A DNA stretch of 63,533 nucleotides, filler included, from Octopus bimaculoides (taxonomy: Eukaryota): assembly GCF_001194135.2 (NCBI RefSeq). It is 6 parts of 6 records of this genome, joined end to end, with 100 filler letters (N's around TTAATTAATTAA, not from the genome) between each part and the next. Parts side by side here need not be neighbours in the genome. Positions count along the whole stretch, not along the records: positions 1 to 24,545 come from NC_069005.1; 5 more parts are not named here. One strand, written 5' to 3'. Below the pieces are notes generated by a model. The model did no database searches and was not told the DNA's origin. It saw nothing but the letters and a program-made list of their open reading frames with translations. Position 1 is the first letter of the stretch. The number at the start of each line of letters is the position of its first letter. The position numbers were made by a program, and so were the translations under genes. Shown here piece by piece: positions 1-12,815 of the stretch.

Positions 1-207
1 GTGGCCGTTTTCGTGCGGGTGACACGTAAAAGCACCCACTACACTCTCTGAGTGGTTGGCGTTAGGAAGGGCATCCAGCTGTAGAAACTCTGCCAAATCA
101 GACTGGAGCCTGGTGTTGCCATCCGGTTTCACCAGTCCTCAGTCAAATCGTCCAACCCATGCTAGCATGGAAAGCGGACGTTAAACGATGATGATGATGA
201 TGATGAT
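1..207 (+). mobile_element. RTE-LINE 3' end / RTE-tailed SINE copy (family A), cut by window start
   Basis: CGTAAAAGCACCCACTACACTCTC...GTTAGGAAGGGCATCCAGC...CATGGAAAGCGGACGTTAAAC followed by a (GAT)n tail. The same sequence recurs at 1730, 5000, 32660, 41340 and 43410. Confidence 0.85.
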
Positions 208-666
208 ATATATATATATATATATATATATAGGAGAGAGAGAGAGAGAAGCAGAGAGGCAAGCAGTCAGGCAGAGAACAGATATAAAGTGAAAGTAAAT
301 TAATCCTATCAGTTTCAATTGTGAGTATTCAGTTGTTCAATCAATGAATGTGGCTGAGTATTCCACAGACATGTATACCCTCAATTTGATTCACAGACAT
401 ATTCAGCTTGTTACAAATGTGTCAAGGCTGAAATTTTTAGCTATAAGTGTGTGGGTGGGTGGGGGTATGTGTGTGTGTGTGTGCATGCATGTGTATGTGT
501 ATGTAAGAAGTTTGCTTCCCAACCACATGATTCTGGGATCAGTCTCACTGTGTAGCACCTTGAACTATAACCTCAGGCCCACCAAAGCCTTGTAAATAGA
601 TTTGCTAAACAGAAACTGAAAGAAGCCTGTTGTGTATGTTAGTATGTGTATGTGCATGCATGTGCA

Positions 667-698
<32 letters not shown>

Positions 699-1563
699 AT
701 TTTATTTATTAAAACTGAAAATGTCTCTGTGTGTGTGTATGTGTGTATAGGTATGGCTCACCGATTTTGCTTAAACTTCACACGCACATTGCTTCTGTGT
801 CTGGGGAGGTTTAAGTATAAATTGATTTAGAAAAATGTTCAGGTAAATGGTGTGAGGAATAACATTTGGGCATGGTTAAATAGTGCGCGTAATTATTTTA
901 AGCTTCTGAGGGAAATAACCCATTTCGCTCCTTCGTAAATTATTTGGTAAAAATGAAATTGAATATACTTATTTCTTAGTATTTGAGCTATTTCAGTTAT
1001 TTTCTCAATTTACCCAGTACAAGGCTTAAACAAGTTAATAGTATTCTCCTAAACAATAGATCCACTTATTTCGGTTAGCGACTTATTCACGAATATACCA
1101 ACACTAGCGCTGCTGAGGGTAATATTCTTTGGGAACGCACAAAAGCTTTTTTTACAGTTAATTACTTTGAATTGTTATTATCTCATATCTAATTAGCCTG
1201 TTATTACATAGCATGTATCACGATTTTAGTATACCTACCTTATTAGTATTTCCTCCTAAAATCTATATACTCTGGAAACATATTAAAGCCCTTTTCGGGG
1301 CTACTTTATTTGAATTCTTACTATAGGGTAATTAATTTCATGGTATTACATAACTGACTTCAAAATTTGGGTATTCATAACTTATTGGGAATTCCTAAAA
1401 ACAAGATCCTTTGTAAACCAGTTTGGTATTCTCAATAAATACCCAAAAACCGTTTTAAGGGCTACATACTTTGTATTGTTGTTACTGGATAAGCGAAACA
1501 ATTATGAGAATGGAACCAAGGGATAAGTCAGCTTTCCTGGGAATTACCGGGCATGTCATCTGG

Positions 1564-1597
<34 letters not shown>

Positions 1598-1729
1598 CAA
1601 GGATATATTGTTGCTTATTTTGATTTTTGATCACCTTATTTTTGGAATCGTTTGGATAATAACATACTTAATTCTGGTGCCTAAACTTAAGTACCACATT
1701 CACCTTGAATCTAAATTTATATATATTTG

Positions 1730-1921
1730 TGTGGGTGACACGTAAAAGTACCCACTACACTCTCTGAGTGGTTGGCGTTAGGAAGGGCATCCAGCAGTAG
1801 AAACTCTGCCAAATTAGATTGGAGCCTGGTGTTGCCATCCGGTTTCACCAGTCCTCAGTCAAATCGTCCAACCCATGCTAGCATGGAAAGCGGACGTTAA
1901 ACGATGATGATGATGATGATA
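1730..1921 (+). mobile_element. Family A copy (RTE-type 3' end)
   Basis: Nearly identical to 16-207, with a (GAT)n tail. Confidence 0.85.
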
Positions 1922-1968
1922 TATATATATACATATATCCACCTATATATATGGATATAGATATAGAG

Positions 1969-2008
<40 letters not shown>

Positions 2009-2214
2009 ATATGCTTTCGGTGCAAATAGTTTTGTTATACAATGCCATATTTTACAATCCTGTAAATAATAATAATGGTATTTTTATATAAGCTTAAAGT
2101 TTATGGCGTTCACCATAAGCTTATATAAAAATACCATTATTATTTACAGGATTCTAAAATATGGCACCATATAACAAAGCCATTTACACCGAATGCATAT
2201 ATATATATATATGT

Positions 2215-2520
2215 GCTTATTATAGCCTCAGGCCGACCAAAATCTTGTGAGTGAATTTCGTACTCAGAAACTGAAAGAAGACTGTCGTATATATGTGTAT
2301 ATTTGTGTATGTGTGCCTGTGTTTTGTGTTTGTACCCCCACCATTGCTTGACAACTGATGTTGCTGTGCTTACATTCCTGTAACTTAGCGGTTTGGTAAA
2401 AGACACTGACAGAATGAGTACTAGGCTTGCAAAGAATAAATCCTGTGGTTGATTTCTTTGACCAACAGTGGTGCTCCAGCATGGCTGCAGTCACATGACT
2501 GAAACAAGTAAAGCAATAAA
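2215..2520 (+). mobile_element. tRNA-derived SINE, family B, 3' part
   Basis: ATAGCCTCAGGCCGACCAAA...GAAACTGAAAGAAG, internal (TG)n, ...CAGCATGGC...TGACTGAAACAAGTAAA tail, shared with many copies in the window. Confidence 0.75.
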
Positions 2521-3263
2521 AATCTATGCCACTTTAATCCCGAGCAAGGCCGGGTATCTCTGCTAGTATATATATATATATGTATATATGTATGTATGTA
2601 TGTATATATCTATGTGCATGTGTCTTTGTGTCTATATTTGTCTCCCAACCATCGCTTGACAATCGATGTTGGTGTGTTTATATCCTCATAACTAGCAGTT
2701 GGGCAAAAGAAACTGATAGAATATGTACTGGGCTTATAAAGAATAAGTCCTGGGGTTGATTTCTTTGACTAAAACCNNNNNNNNNNNNNNNNNNNNNNNN
2801 NNNNNNNNNNNNNNNNNNNNNNNNNNNNNNNNNNNNNNNNNNNNNNNNNNNNNNNNNNNNNNNNNNNNNNNNNNNNNNNNNNNNNNNNNNNNNNNNNNNN
2901 NNNNNNNNNNNNNNNNNNNNNNNNNNNNNNNNNNNNNNNNNNNNNNNNNNNNNNNNNNNNNNNNNNNNNNNNNNNNNNNNNNNNNNNNNNNNNNNNNNNN
3001 NNNNNNNNNNNNNNNNNNNNNNNNNNNNNNNNNNNNNNNNNNNNNNNNNNNNNNNNNNNNNNNNNNNNNNNNNNNNNNNNNNNNNNNNNNNNNNNNNNNN
3101 NNNNNNNNNNNNNNNNNNNNNNNNNNNNNNNNNNNNNNNNNNNNNNNNNNNNNNNNNNNNNNNNNNNNNNNNNNNNNNNNNNNNNNNNNNNNNNNNNNNN
3201 NNNNNNNNNNNNNNNNNNNNNNNNNNNNNNNNNNNNNNNNNNNNNNNNNNNNNNNNNNNNNNN

Positions 3264-3405
3264 GTGTAAAAAAATTCATAAGGGAAATGTCTATTCCCAA
3301 GAATATAATTATTTGTTTATATTTATATAAAGGGCATTATTACAGAAAAATAATAACACCACACATTCTTGGGAATAGACATTTCCCTTATGAATTTTTT
3401 TACAC
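3264..3405. repeat. Perfect 41-bp inverted repeat with 60-nt spacer
   Basis: 3264-3304 is the exact reverse complement of 3365-3405. The left arm is cut by the gap. Confidence 0.9.
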
Positions 3406-4035
3406 ACTGGCTTCTTGATAAAATTCTTGTAAAAGAGTTTTATCCTTTTTTGAATTTATTTATATATATATATATGTATATATGTATGTATGTATGTATA
3501 TATCTATGTGCATGTGTCTTTGTGTCTATATTTGTCTCCCAACCATCGCTTGACAATCGATGTTGGTGTGTTTATATCCTCATAACTAGCAGTTGGGCAA
3601 AAGAAACTGATAGAATATGTACTGGGCTTATAAAGAATAAGTCCTGGGGTTGATTTCTTTGACTAAAACCCTTTAAAGCAATTCTCCAGCATGGCTGCGG
3701 TTAAATGACTGAAACAAGTAAAAGAATAAAATACATATCCTAGGTGTGTGTGTTTTTGTTGACATTCATTGACAACATTGTTGGTAAGTTTACGTTCCCC
3801 TAACTTAGCAGTTCAGCACAACCAACTGATAGAAAGAATTTTGAAATACAAGTACTGGGGTGGATTTGTTTGATTTGATTTCTTCAAGACAGTGCCCCAG
3901 CATGGTCACCATCTCATGATGAAACAAGTAAAGGATAAAAAATATATATACACACTCATACAGACAATTCATTTACGATATTAATTCATAGTTTATATTT
4001 ATACTTCTTACCAACACTAATATTATACACAAACC

Positions 4036-4084
<49 letters not shown>

Positions 4085-4745
4085 AGATAGATAGATATCT
4101 AAATATATATATGATGGATCCTTTCAGTGAAGATGATGTATGATTCTTTAGCTTTTTTGTCGAACAACCTTCACAAATGTTTTGCTCATGTGAGTAAATG
4201 TATGTGGTGTACATTAGCTCACTCCCTCCATCAAATAAACATTGCTTGAACAGGTGCATGGTGTACCACGTATGGCACTTTAAACAAGTGTCTTATGCTA
4301 TAGCTTCAGGCCAACCAAAGCCTTGTGATTGAATTTGAATTTGATAGGCGGAAGTTCTGGTTGTGTGTTGGAAGATAGGAGGGAATATATGAATATATAT
4401 GTATGTATGTATGTGTGTGTGTGTATGCATGTATAAAATTCTTCTTTATCAAATTATAATCTTACATACCTTTCTCAACATAGAAATTTTCTGTGATACA
4501 GTTTAGGTAAAGATAATTTTTTTTCTTAGACCAACTCTTTCAATACGTCTATATGCTTCCATAGCAGATTGCATAGTGTTGTATAAAGTATCTGTCTGCA
4601 CTGAATGAATGAATAAAAATTATAGATCGTATGATAATAGTCAACACACTTACCTTTTCAGTGTAAATTTCACGGTCCAATTCATGTGAAAAGTGTTCAC
4701 AACAGAACTTTCTACTTTCATTATATAATTGCATATTAATATGCT

Positions 4746-4789
<44 letters not shown>

Positions 4790-5286
4790 TACGCGTGTAT
4801 ACGTGCCCACACGTTTACATATACAGTAGACTTCAATTTCTCTTGACAAATTCACTCACAAGGTTTTGGTTGACCCAGGACTATAGTAGAAGATACTTGC
4901 CCAAAATGTCATGCAGTAGAACTGAACCCAAAATCACGACCTTTTGAAGCAAACTTCCTTACTACACAGCTTTGTCCATGCCCCTAAATCACTATACCGA
5001 TGGTGCCACATAAAAAGCACCCAGAACACTCTGTGAAGTGGTTGGCATTAGGAAGGGCATCCAGGCTTAGAAACCAAGCCAAAATAGACTATGGAAACTG
5101 GTGCCGCTCTCCAGCTTACCAGTTCCAGTCAAGCCATCCAACCCATACCAGCATGGAAAACAGACATTAAATGATGATGATGATGATGATGAGATAATGC
5201 TAGGCAATTTCCCCCAATCATTGTAGGCACAAGTGTGGCTGTGTGGTTAAGTCCCACTGTACAGCACTTTAGGCAAATACCTTCTA

Positions 5287-5691
5287 AAGGGTGGCCTAAA
5301 ACTAACAAAGAGGTCTAAAAGTTGAATAAATTTGTTTTAATTACATTTTTTTATTTGTAATACACAAAATGTGACTTTTCACTCNNNNNNNNNNNNNNNN
5401 NNNNNNNNNNNNNNNNNNNNNNNNNNNNNNNNNNNNNNNNNNNNNNNNNNNNNNNNNNNNNNNNNNNNNNNNNNNNNNNNNNNNNNNNNNNNNNNNNNNN
5501 NNNNNNNNNNNNNNNNNNNNNNNNNNNNNNNNNNNNNNNNNNNNNNNNNNNNNNNNNNNNNNNNNNNNNNNNNNNNNNNNNNNATATATATATATATACA
5601 TATATATGTATTGTATGTGGTGCTAAGTTATCGTAAATTTAAAACAGCATAAATGAATTATTAACACTTTTGTGACTTTTGGGTCACCCTG
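5287..5691. mobile_element. Tc1/mariner-type MITE inserted at TA inside a family B SINE
   Basis: Termini AAGGGTGGCCTAAAA / TTTTGGGTCACCCTG with TA on both sides. The SINE sequence resumes afterwards. Interior contains a gap. Confidence 0.65.
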
Positions 5692-7470
5692 TACTATAGG
5701 CTTAGGATAACCAAAACCCTGCAAATGAATTTGGTAAGCAGGAACTGAATGAACCCCATTGTACATATGTGTATGTAGGTATGTATGTATGTGTTTGTGT
5801 GTAGATATCATGTAATGGTTGTAAATGATCATAATCATCAAAATGAGGTTGTTCCTTTCCAATTGTCTGTAAAAAACATGCCTGGCAATGAGGAAATATT
5901 GCCTCGCTTAGAAATAGGTGAGTGTGGGTGACAGGAAAGGCATCTGACCATAGAAAATCTCCCTCTTAAGTTGCAGCTGGCCCATAGAAACATGAAAAAG
6001 TAGAAATTAAAACAATGTTTGTTTGTTTGTTTGTTTGTTTTTTGAGGGGATTTTTATATGTCCACTTGATATTGTGGTTGATGTTAGGAAGGTCATCTAG
6101 TTGTAAAAATAGACAATGACATACCAAAAAAGACAGTGAAGCCTGGTGCAGTCTTCTGGCTAGCCAGCTACAGTCTAACTGTCCAACCCATGCCAGCATG
6201 GAAAATGGATGTTAAATGATGATGATGATTATGTCTGTTACTAATTGCAAATAATTTTCTATTGACATCTTCATTGTCGTTTTTGAGTGTACCAAGTTAT
6301 TTTTTATTATGTAATAAACTAATCATAGAAGATAGGTACAAACATGGCTGTATGGTAAGAAGTTTACTTCACAACCACATGGTTCTAGGTTCAATCCTCC
6401 TGTGTGGCACCCAAGGCCACGTGGGTTCAGTCCCACTGTACAGTACTTTAGGCAAATACCTTCTACAGGGTGGCCCAAAAATCACAAAGGGGTTTAAAAG
6501 TTGAATAAATTAGTTTTAATTACATTTTTTTATTTGTAATTCACAAAATGACTCCTAATGTACATATTTTTCACTATAACACTGAGCCAACCAAAACCTT
6601 GTGAGTTGATTTGGTAGATGGAAACTGAGAGAAGCCCATAGTGTGTGAGTGTGTGTATCTGAGTGAGTGACTGTCTCTCTTTGTCTTGATATCACATGGT
6701 GGTTATAAACAAATGTTCCTGTAATGCAAGCAGTATTCTCCCTTCATCTTCTTTGAAAACACATCTGGTTGTGTTTAACAATCATAGATAAGTGCAAGCA
6801 AGGCTGTGTGGTAAGAGGTTTGCTTCTCAACCACAAAAAGATGAGGGCTGGTGACAGGAGGGGAATCTGGCTGTAAAAAAGTTCACGTGAACAAAATTCT
6901 GTCCAACCCATACAAGCAAGGAAAAGTGGACATTAAAATGATGATGATGATTATCTTTTACTTGTTTCAGTCATTTGACCACGACCATGCTGGGGCACTG
7001 CCTTGAAGGGTTTTAGTCCAACAAATCAACCCTGGGGCTTATTTTTTTAAGCCTAGTACTTATTCTATCAGTTTCTTTTGCCAAACTCCTAAGTTACAGG
7101 GATGTAAACCCACCAACATTGGTTGTCAAGTGATGGTGAGAGGATAAACACAAAGACACAAATATATATATATATATATATACATTATTATATGTATCTA
7201 TTTTCTCCTAGTTAATAAATAACTCGGACAAAATAAATTACGTAGCAACCTTCTCCAACTACAGTTCTCATATTCGGTTAAAATGTCTTACGTTTAAGCT
7301 GGTTCCCATGCATTTCCCTGAAGAGAAGATTACATTCTTAACAACATCACCGATTCCTATGGAAGGTATAATTTGTAATCTACGAAACATATGTTTGGAA
7401 ATAAAAGTATGCAGTTTACATATGCGTTTTACTCCATTCACTAAATTTTTATATATATATATATATATAG

Positions 7471-7870
7471 GTGCAGCATGGCTGTGTGGTAAGAAGCTTG
7501 CTTCCCAACCACATGGTTCCAGGTTCAGTCCCACTGCATAGCACCTTGAGCCAGTGCCTTCTACAATGGCTTTAGGCTGACCAAAATCTTGTGAGTAGAT
7601 TTGGTAGAGGGAAACTGAAAGAAGCCAATTGTGTGTGTGTGTGTGTGTGTTTGTCCTCCCACCATTGCTTGACAACCAATGTTGGTGTGTTTACATTCAC
7701 ATAACAGTGTTTCAGCAAAAGAGCGAGAATAAATACTAGGCTTACAAAGCCTAGTATTTATACTAGGCTTACAAAGCCTAGTGTTTATACTAGGCTGAGG
7801 TCAATTTGTTCAACTAAAGGCGGTGCCCCAGCATGGCCGAAGTCAAATGACTGAAACAAGTAGAATAAAA
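7471..7870 (+). mobile_element. Full-length family B tRNA-derived SINE
   Basis: Head GCATGGCTGTGTGGTAAGAAGCTTGC...GGTTCAGTCCC (pol III A/B-box-like), body, and tail GAAACAAGTAGAATAAAA. Confidence 0.8.
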
Positions 7871-7879
7871 TATAATTTG

Positions 7880-8690
7880 AGCTCATCCAAGCAACCATAT
7901 ACACTACCATCAAGTGACCTACTTGAACTGTCGGATAATATCAGAGACTTGAGTGTAACTGTCAACAGCAACCTTAGGTGAAATGTGCACATCAACAAAA
8001 AAGACGATGTTGCTCACAGAATGTGCTCATGGATCCTCAGAACTTTCCAATCTAGGGATCATGAAACCATCATCCTTCTCCACACTTGCTAGGCCCCACC
8101 TCGAATACTGCTTCCCATTGTGGTCCCCCTAGAAAAAACAGGACATAATGAGGATTGAAGTGCCTCAAAGATCAATCATCAAAAAAATAAACGGCAAGAT
8201 GGGACTTGATTATTGAGCTTGACTTAAATAGCTGCGGTTCTATTCTCTGCAATGCCACCATGAGTGATACATTATTTGCACCATGTGGAAAATATTCCAC
8301 CAATATTATCCAAATGATATCGGTATTATATTTACACTTCACCCAAGAGTAGGCCCCTGTGCAATGTGTCCTCTACAAAGGTTGAGATCACATCACATAA
8401 GAACATTGTGATACAATTTCTTCACTGCAAGTTGTCCTACACTTTTCAATGTTATCCCAAAAGAAATTAAAGTAGAAAAAACTCCATAACTTTCAAACGG
8501 TACCTCAACAAATTTCTCCAGGAAATACCAGAAAAACCACCTACATCTGGATACATCTCAACTAACAACAACTCTCTGCTTGAGTGGTCCATGGTGTCCT
8601 GATATAATTAACTAAAAGACTTTTCCAGGTGGTGCCATTGAGTTAGTCATGGCCTGGGCCAATAATGACCGAAATCAATCTAAGTTATCC
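7880..8690 (+). mobile_element. Degenerate LINE 3' fragment (CR1/L2/Jockey-like ORF2 C-terminus)
   Basis: Manual translation gives IRDLSVTVNSNLR*NVHIN and ARPHLEYCFPLWSP*, motifs typical downstream of non-LTR reverse transcriptase. Contains stops and frameshifts. Confidence 0.8.
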
Positions 8691-8693
8691 AAG

Positions 8694-8799
8694 ATAAATT
8701 TTTGCAGCTAATTTGCCGGTTCGAGAACATTATTGTATAAAATTTATTTATGAGGGTAGAAAATGTTTTCAAACTGGCAAATTAGCTGCAAAAATTTAT
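8694..8799. repeat. 38-bp imperfect inverted repeat (35/38) with 30-nt loop
   Basis: 8694-8731 vs reverse complement of 8762-8799. The first 24 bp are perfect. Confidence 0.9.
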
Positions 8800-9884
8800 T
8801 AACTGCAGAATTATTTCCGGATTTAGCACGCCAGATTGAAGACATTTGAAAGGATACACTGAATGTAATTTGTAGAACTCTACACGTGCTCCCTTTCGGG
8901 TGGACGTCCTGTGTCTAGTTCTGGAAATTACATCGCGAATCGACAGACTACGCTGACGATCCTGCAGATATTTACTTATGTAAATTTTAACAGGTGAAAC
9001 CATGGTACGTAGGTTAATCGTTTTTTTTATTTAGNNNNNNNNNNNNNNNNNNNNNNNNNNNNNNNNNNNNNNNNNNNNNNNNNNNNNNNNNNNNNNNNNN
9101 NNNNNNNNNNNNNNNNNNNNNNNNNNNNNNNNNNNNNNNNNNNNNNNNNNNNNNNNNNNNNNNNNCACGCATACACACAGATATATATATATATATACGT
9201 GACAGGTTTCTTTCAGTTTCTATCTACCAAATTAACTCACAATGCTTTGGTCAGCCCAAGGCTATAGTTGAAAACACTTGTCCAAGATGCCACACTGTAT
9301 GATTGAACCTGGAATCATGTGGTTTGGAAGCAAACTTCTTATCACACAGCCATGCCTATGACATGCACAATATTCTTCTAAGCAAAAATGACTGTTTTCA
9401 TTTATAAAAACTAAGTCTATCTTGCAATAATGCCAACTTTCAATCTGACAAGTAAATACACAACAGGTATTTGAATATGCAAGCCCATTTTTAGGGATAT
9501 ATTTTCTGTGCATTTATTACTGGACTGGACATTTAACTGAGAAAATTTTTAACAGAACAGAGTTATAATTACAATACTGAAGTTGTCTCCCTTGATTTTT
9601 GTAAATTTTAACAAGATTTTTCTATCTTGGGAGGATCTGAAGTTAACTCGAAGTAGAGAAGGCATGTCATTGAAGAGGTCATGAATACAATGAAAGGAAT
9701 TTGATAAGCATAACTGATTGACTGATTAATTGAATAATTAATCAAAGAATAGATTAGTTAACCAAGTGATGAATAATAAAGAAGTGTGCACTTCTTGTTA
9801 TTGGCATAATGACTCATCCAAGACACAAAAAAATCTGTTTCAATACGGGAGCTCACAGCAAGGAATATTATAAATCAAATAAAG

Positions 9885-10090
9885 TGATGAGCTGGTAGAA
9901 TCATTAGCATGCCAAGCAAAATGCTTAGCGGCATTTCATCCAACTTTGTGTTCTGAGTTCAAATCCTGCCAAAGTCGACTTTGCCTGTCATCCTTTCAGG
10001 GGCAATAAAATAAGTACCTGTCGAGGACCAGGATTGATGTAATCGACTTACACTTGCCGCAAAATTGCTGGCTTGATGCCAAAATTTGAA
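9885..10090 (+). mobile_element. Family C tRNA-like SINE, CpG-decayed
   Basis: GAGCTGGTAGAATCATTAGCATGCC...TTCTGAGTTCAAAT...GTCGACTTTGCC matches intact copies at 47250 and 49858. Confidence 0.75.
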
Positions 10091-10431
10091 ATCAGTATTC
10101 AAACCAAATACAAATTATTTAAACTTCTTACTTTACCACATCAAGTATACAGCGCCCACTTTACAATTTACTATTTTATAGAATTGTATAGTACTGTTTC
10201 TGAATTTCATCTTCTTGAGGCTAATATAAATAGCAATAAATGTAGTCAAATGAATGCAATTTTTCTGAATGCTAAAATTTGATTTACCCTGAATCATAGC
10301 TCTCATTATATTGGTGGACTCCTTAATCTGTCTTAAATTAGTTTTAACTATCTCACTAATACTGGTGTCATGAAAAAGTATATCCAATACACTTGAGTGG
10401 ATCTGGTTAGATGGAAACTAAGGAAATACAA

Positions 10432-10490
<59 letters not shown>

Positions 10491-11443
10491 CCTTGTCTTG
10501 ATATCACATCTTAGTTGTAAACAACTGTTGCTCATTCCCAATCCTCCTTGGAAAATATGTTTGGCCATGGGGAAATATTACCTTGCTTAGAAAAAGGCAA
10601 GGTTGGCGACAGGAAAGGCAGCAAGCTGTAGAAAAACTGTTTCAATGAATTTGGAAGCATGAGAAAATGGAGGTTAATACAATGATGATGATGGTTTCTT
10701 AAATATAATGTTATTGCTGTAAAATATGTCATTGGTTTTTAGCAGTCAATTGTAGCAGAGTATTAATTACATTCATATGNNNNNNNNNNNNNNNNNNNNN
10801 NNNNNNNNNNNNNNNNNNNNNNNNNNNNNNNNNNNNNNNNNNNNNNNNNNNNNNNNNNNNNNNNNNNNNNNNNNNNNNNNNNNNNNNNNNNNNNNNNNNN
10901 NNNNNNNNNNNNNNNNNNNNNNNNNNNNNNNNNNNNNNNNNNNNNNNNNNNNNNNNNNNNNNNNNNNNNNNNNNNNNNNNNNNNNNNNNNNNNNNNNNNN
11001 NNNNNNNNNNNNNNNNNNNNNNNNNNNNNNNNNNNNNNNNNNNNNNNNNNNNNNNNNNNNNNNNNNNNNNNNNNNNNNNNNNNNNNNNNNNNNNNNNNNN
11101 NNNNNNNNNNNNNNNNNNNNNNNNNNNNNNNNNNNNNNNNNNNNATAAAAGAGAAAGTAAGAATTTGTGAAACTGAAAGACATAGGGTTATGTAAGGGAA
11201 GTAACTCTAACAATGCTGTTACATAAGACCTATAAGGAAAGAATTTATAAAATGTGAAGCAAACCAACAGGTTAACCAGCAGGTGAAGACCGTCACCAGA
11301 ATCGATGAACCATCAATTTTTTGTTATTAATACTAACTATTCCTTTATAAATTTTTTTTTAAAAGTGGTAATTGAGCCAATTTCAATGACAGGTAATTAA
11401 AAGAAATAGAGTATCTAAAAGAGAAATTTTCATGCGCGCGCGT

Positions 11444-11479
<36 letters not shown>

Positions 11480-12008
11480 GACGTTTAAATAGCTGCAGAA
11501 TTGAAAAACTTTATATTTTCTACTTGTTACAGTGGATTGGACTGTAGTCATGCTAGGGCACTGCTTTGAAGGATTTTAGACAAACAAATCAACCCCACTA
11601 CTTATTTTTAAAGCCCAATACATATTCTATTGGTCACTCTTTTGCCGAACTGCTAGGTTATGGAGGTGTAAACAAACCAACACCAGTTATCAAGCAGTGG
11701 TAGGAAACAAACACAAACACACATACATACTATATTATATATACACATGCTTCTGAACAAAGTTTTAGTTGGGTACAGAGCAGCACAGAGCAGCACAGAG
11801 CCTGGGTTTCATCCCCCACATATATGCTTTCCCATTGGGAATGTTTAAATGTTTTGGTTTTTTCAAATAAATAGCATTTCATGTTTGAAGAAACTGTAAG
11901 GTATTACTCAAGCACTCAACTCTGAGTCCAATGCATCTTATAATGGAAACAGCTGTAAGCTAATGAAGCTCATAAGATAATCAGTTATTTCTTGGTCATC
12001 TCTTTTCA

Positions 12009-12046
<38 letters not shown>

Positions 12047-12053
12047 TCCTTTA

Positions 12054-12247
12054 TTCTTTTACTTGTTTCAGGCATTTGACTGTGGCCATGCTGGAGCAGC
12101 ACCTTTAGTTGAACAAATCGACCCCAGGACTTATTCTAGTAAGCCTAGTACTTATTCTCTCAGTCTCTTTTGCCAAACTGCTAACGTACAGGGACGTAAA
12201 CACACCAACATCAGTTGTTAAGCGATGGTGGTGGGGAATAAACACAG

Positions 12248-12278
<31 letters not shown>

Positions 12279-12441
12279 CAATGGGCTTCTTTCAGTTTCA
12301 GTCTACCAAATCCACTCACAAGGCTTTGGTCAGCCTGAGGCTATAGTAGCAGACACTGGCCCAAGGTACCAAGCAATGGGACTGAAGCCAGAACCATGCG
12401 GTCGGGAAGCAAGTTTCTTAGCACACAGCAATGCTGTGCCT
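12054..12441 (-). mobile_element. Full-length family B SINE
   Basis: Reverse complement of the family B head, body and tail. Confidence 0.8.
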
Positions 12442-12604
12442 GCTCTGCTCGACATGTCATATTCTCTCTCTTTCCTTTCAAATGGGTTGGATGGTGTGAT
12501 CAGAGCTGGTAAACTAGGGAGCTGTACCAGACTCCAATCTGATTTGGCATGGTTTGTACTGCTGGGTGACTTTCCTAACACTGACCACTTTACAGAGTAA
12601 GCTA

Positions 12605-12815
12605 GGGGCTTTACGTGGCACCACACAGGCGCTTTTACGTGGCACCACATGGGTGCTTTTACATGGCATGCATGGGTGCTCATATGTGGCATGCACAAGT
12701 GCTTTTATGTGCCAAACACAGGCGTTTTTACATGGTGCCACATGGGTGCTTTTATGTAACACTGCATGGGCACTTTTATGTGGAAATGCCCAGATGCTTT
12801 TATGTGATGCTCTAA
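12605..12815. repeat. Degenerate ~21-24-bp tandem repeat derived from the family A motif GGTGCTTTTACGTGGCACC
   Basis: About nine diverged units visible. Confidence 0.75.

Noticed and set aside
12605-12815. CRISPR-like or other repeat-spacer array (also 17470, 19830, 29279)
   Set aside because: Units are contiguous or degenerate with no unique constant-length spacers, the context is eukaryotic, and there are no cas genes.
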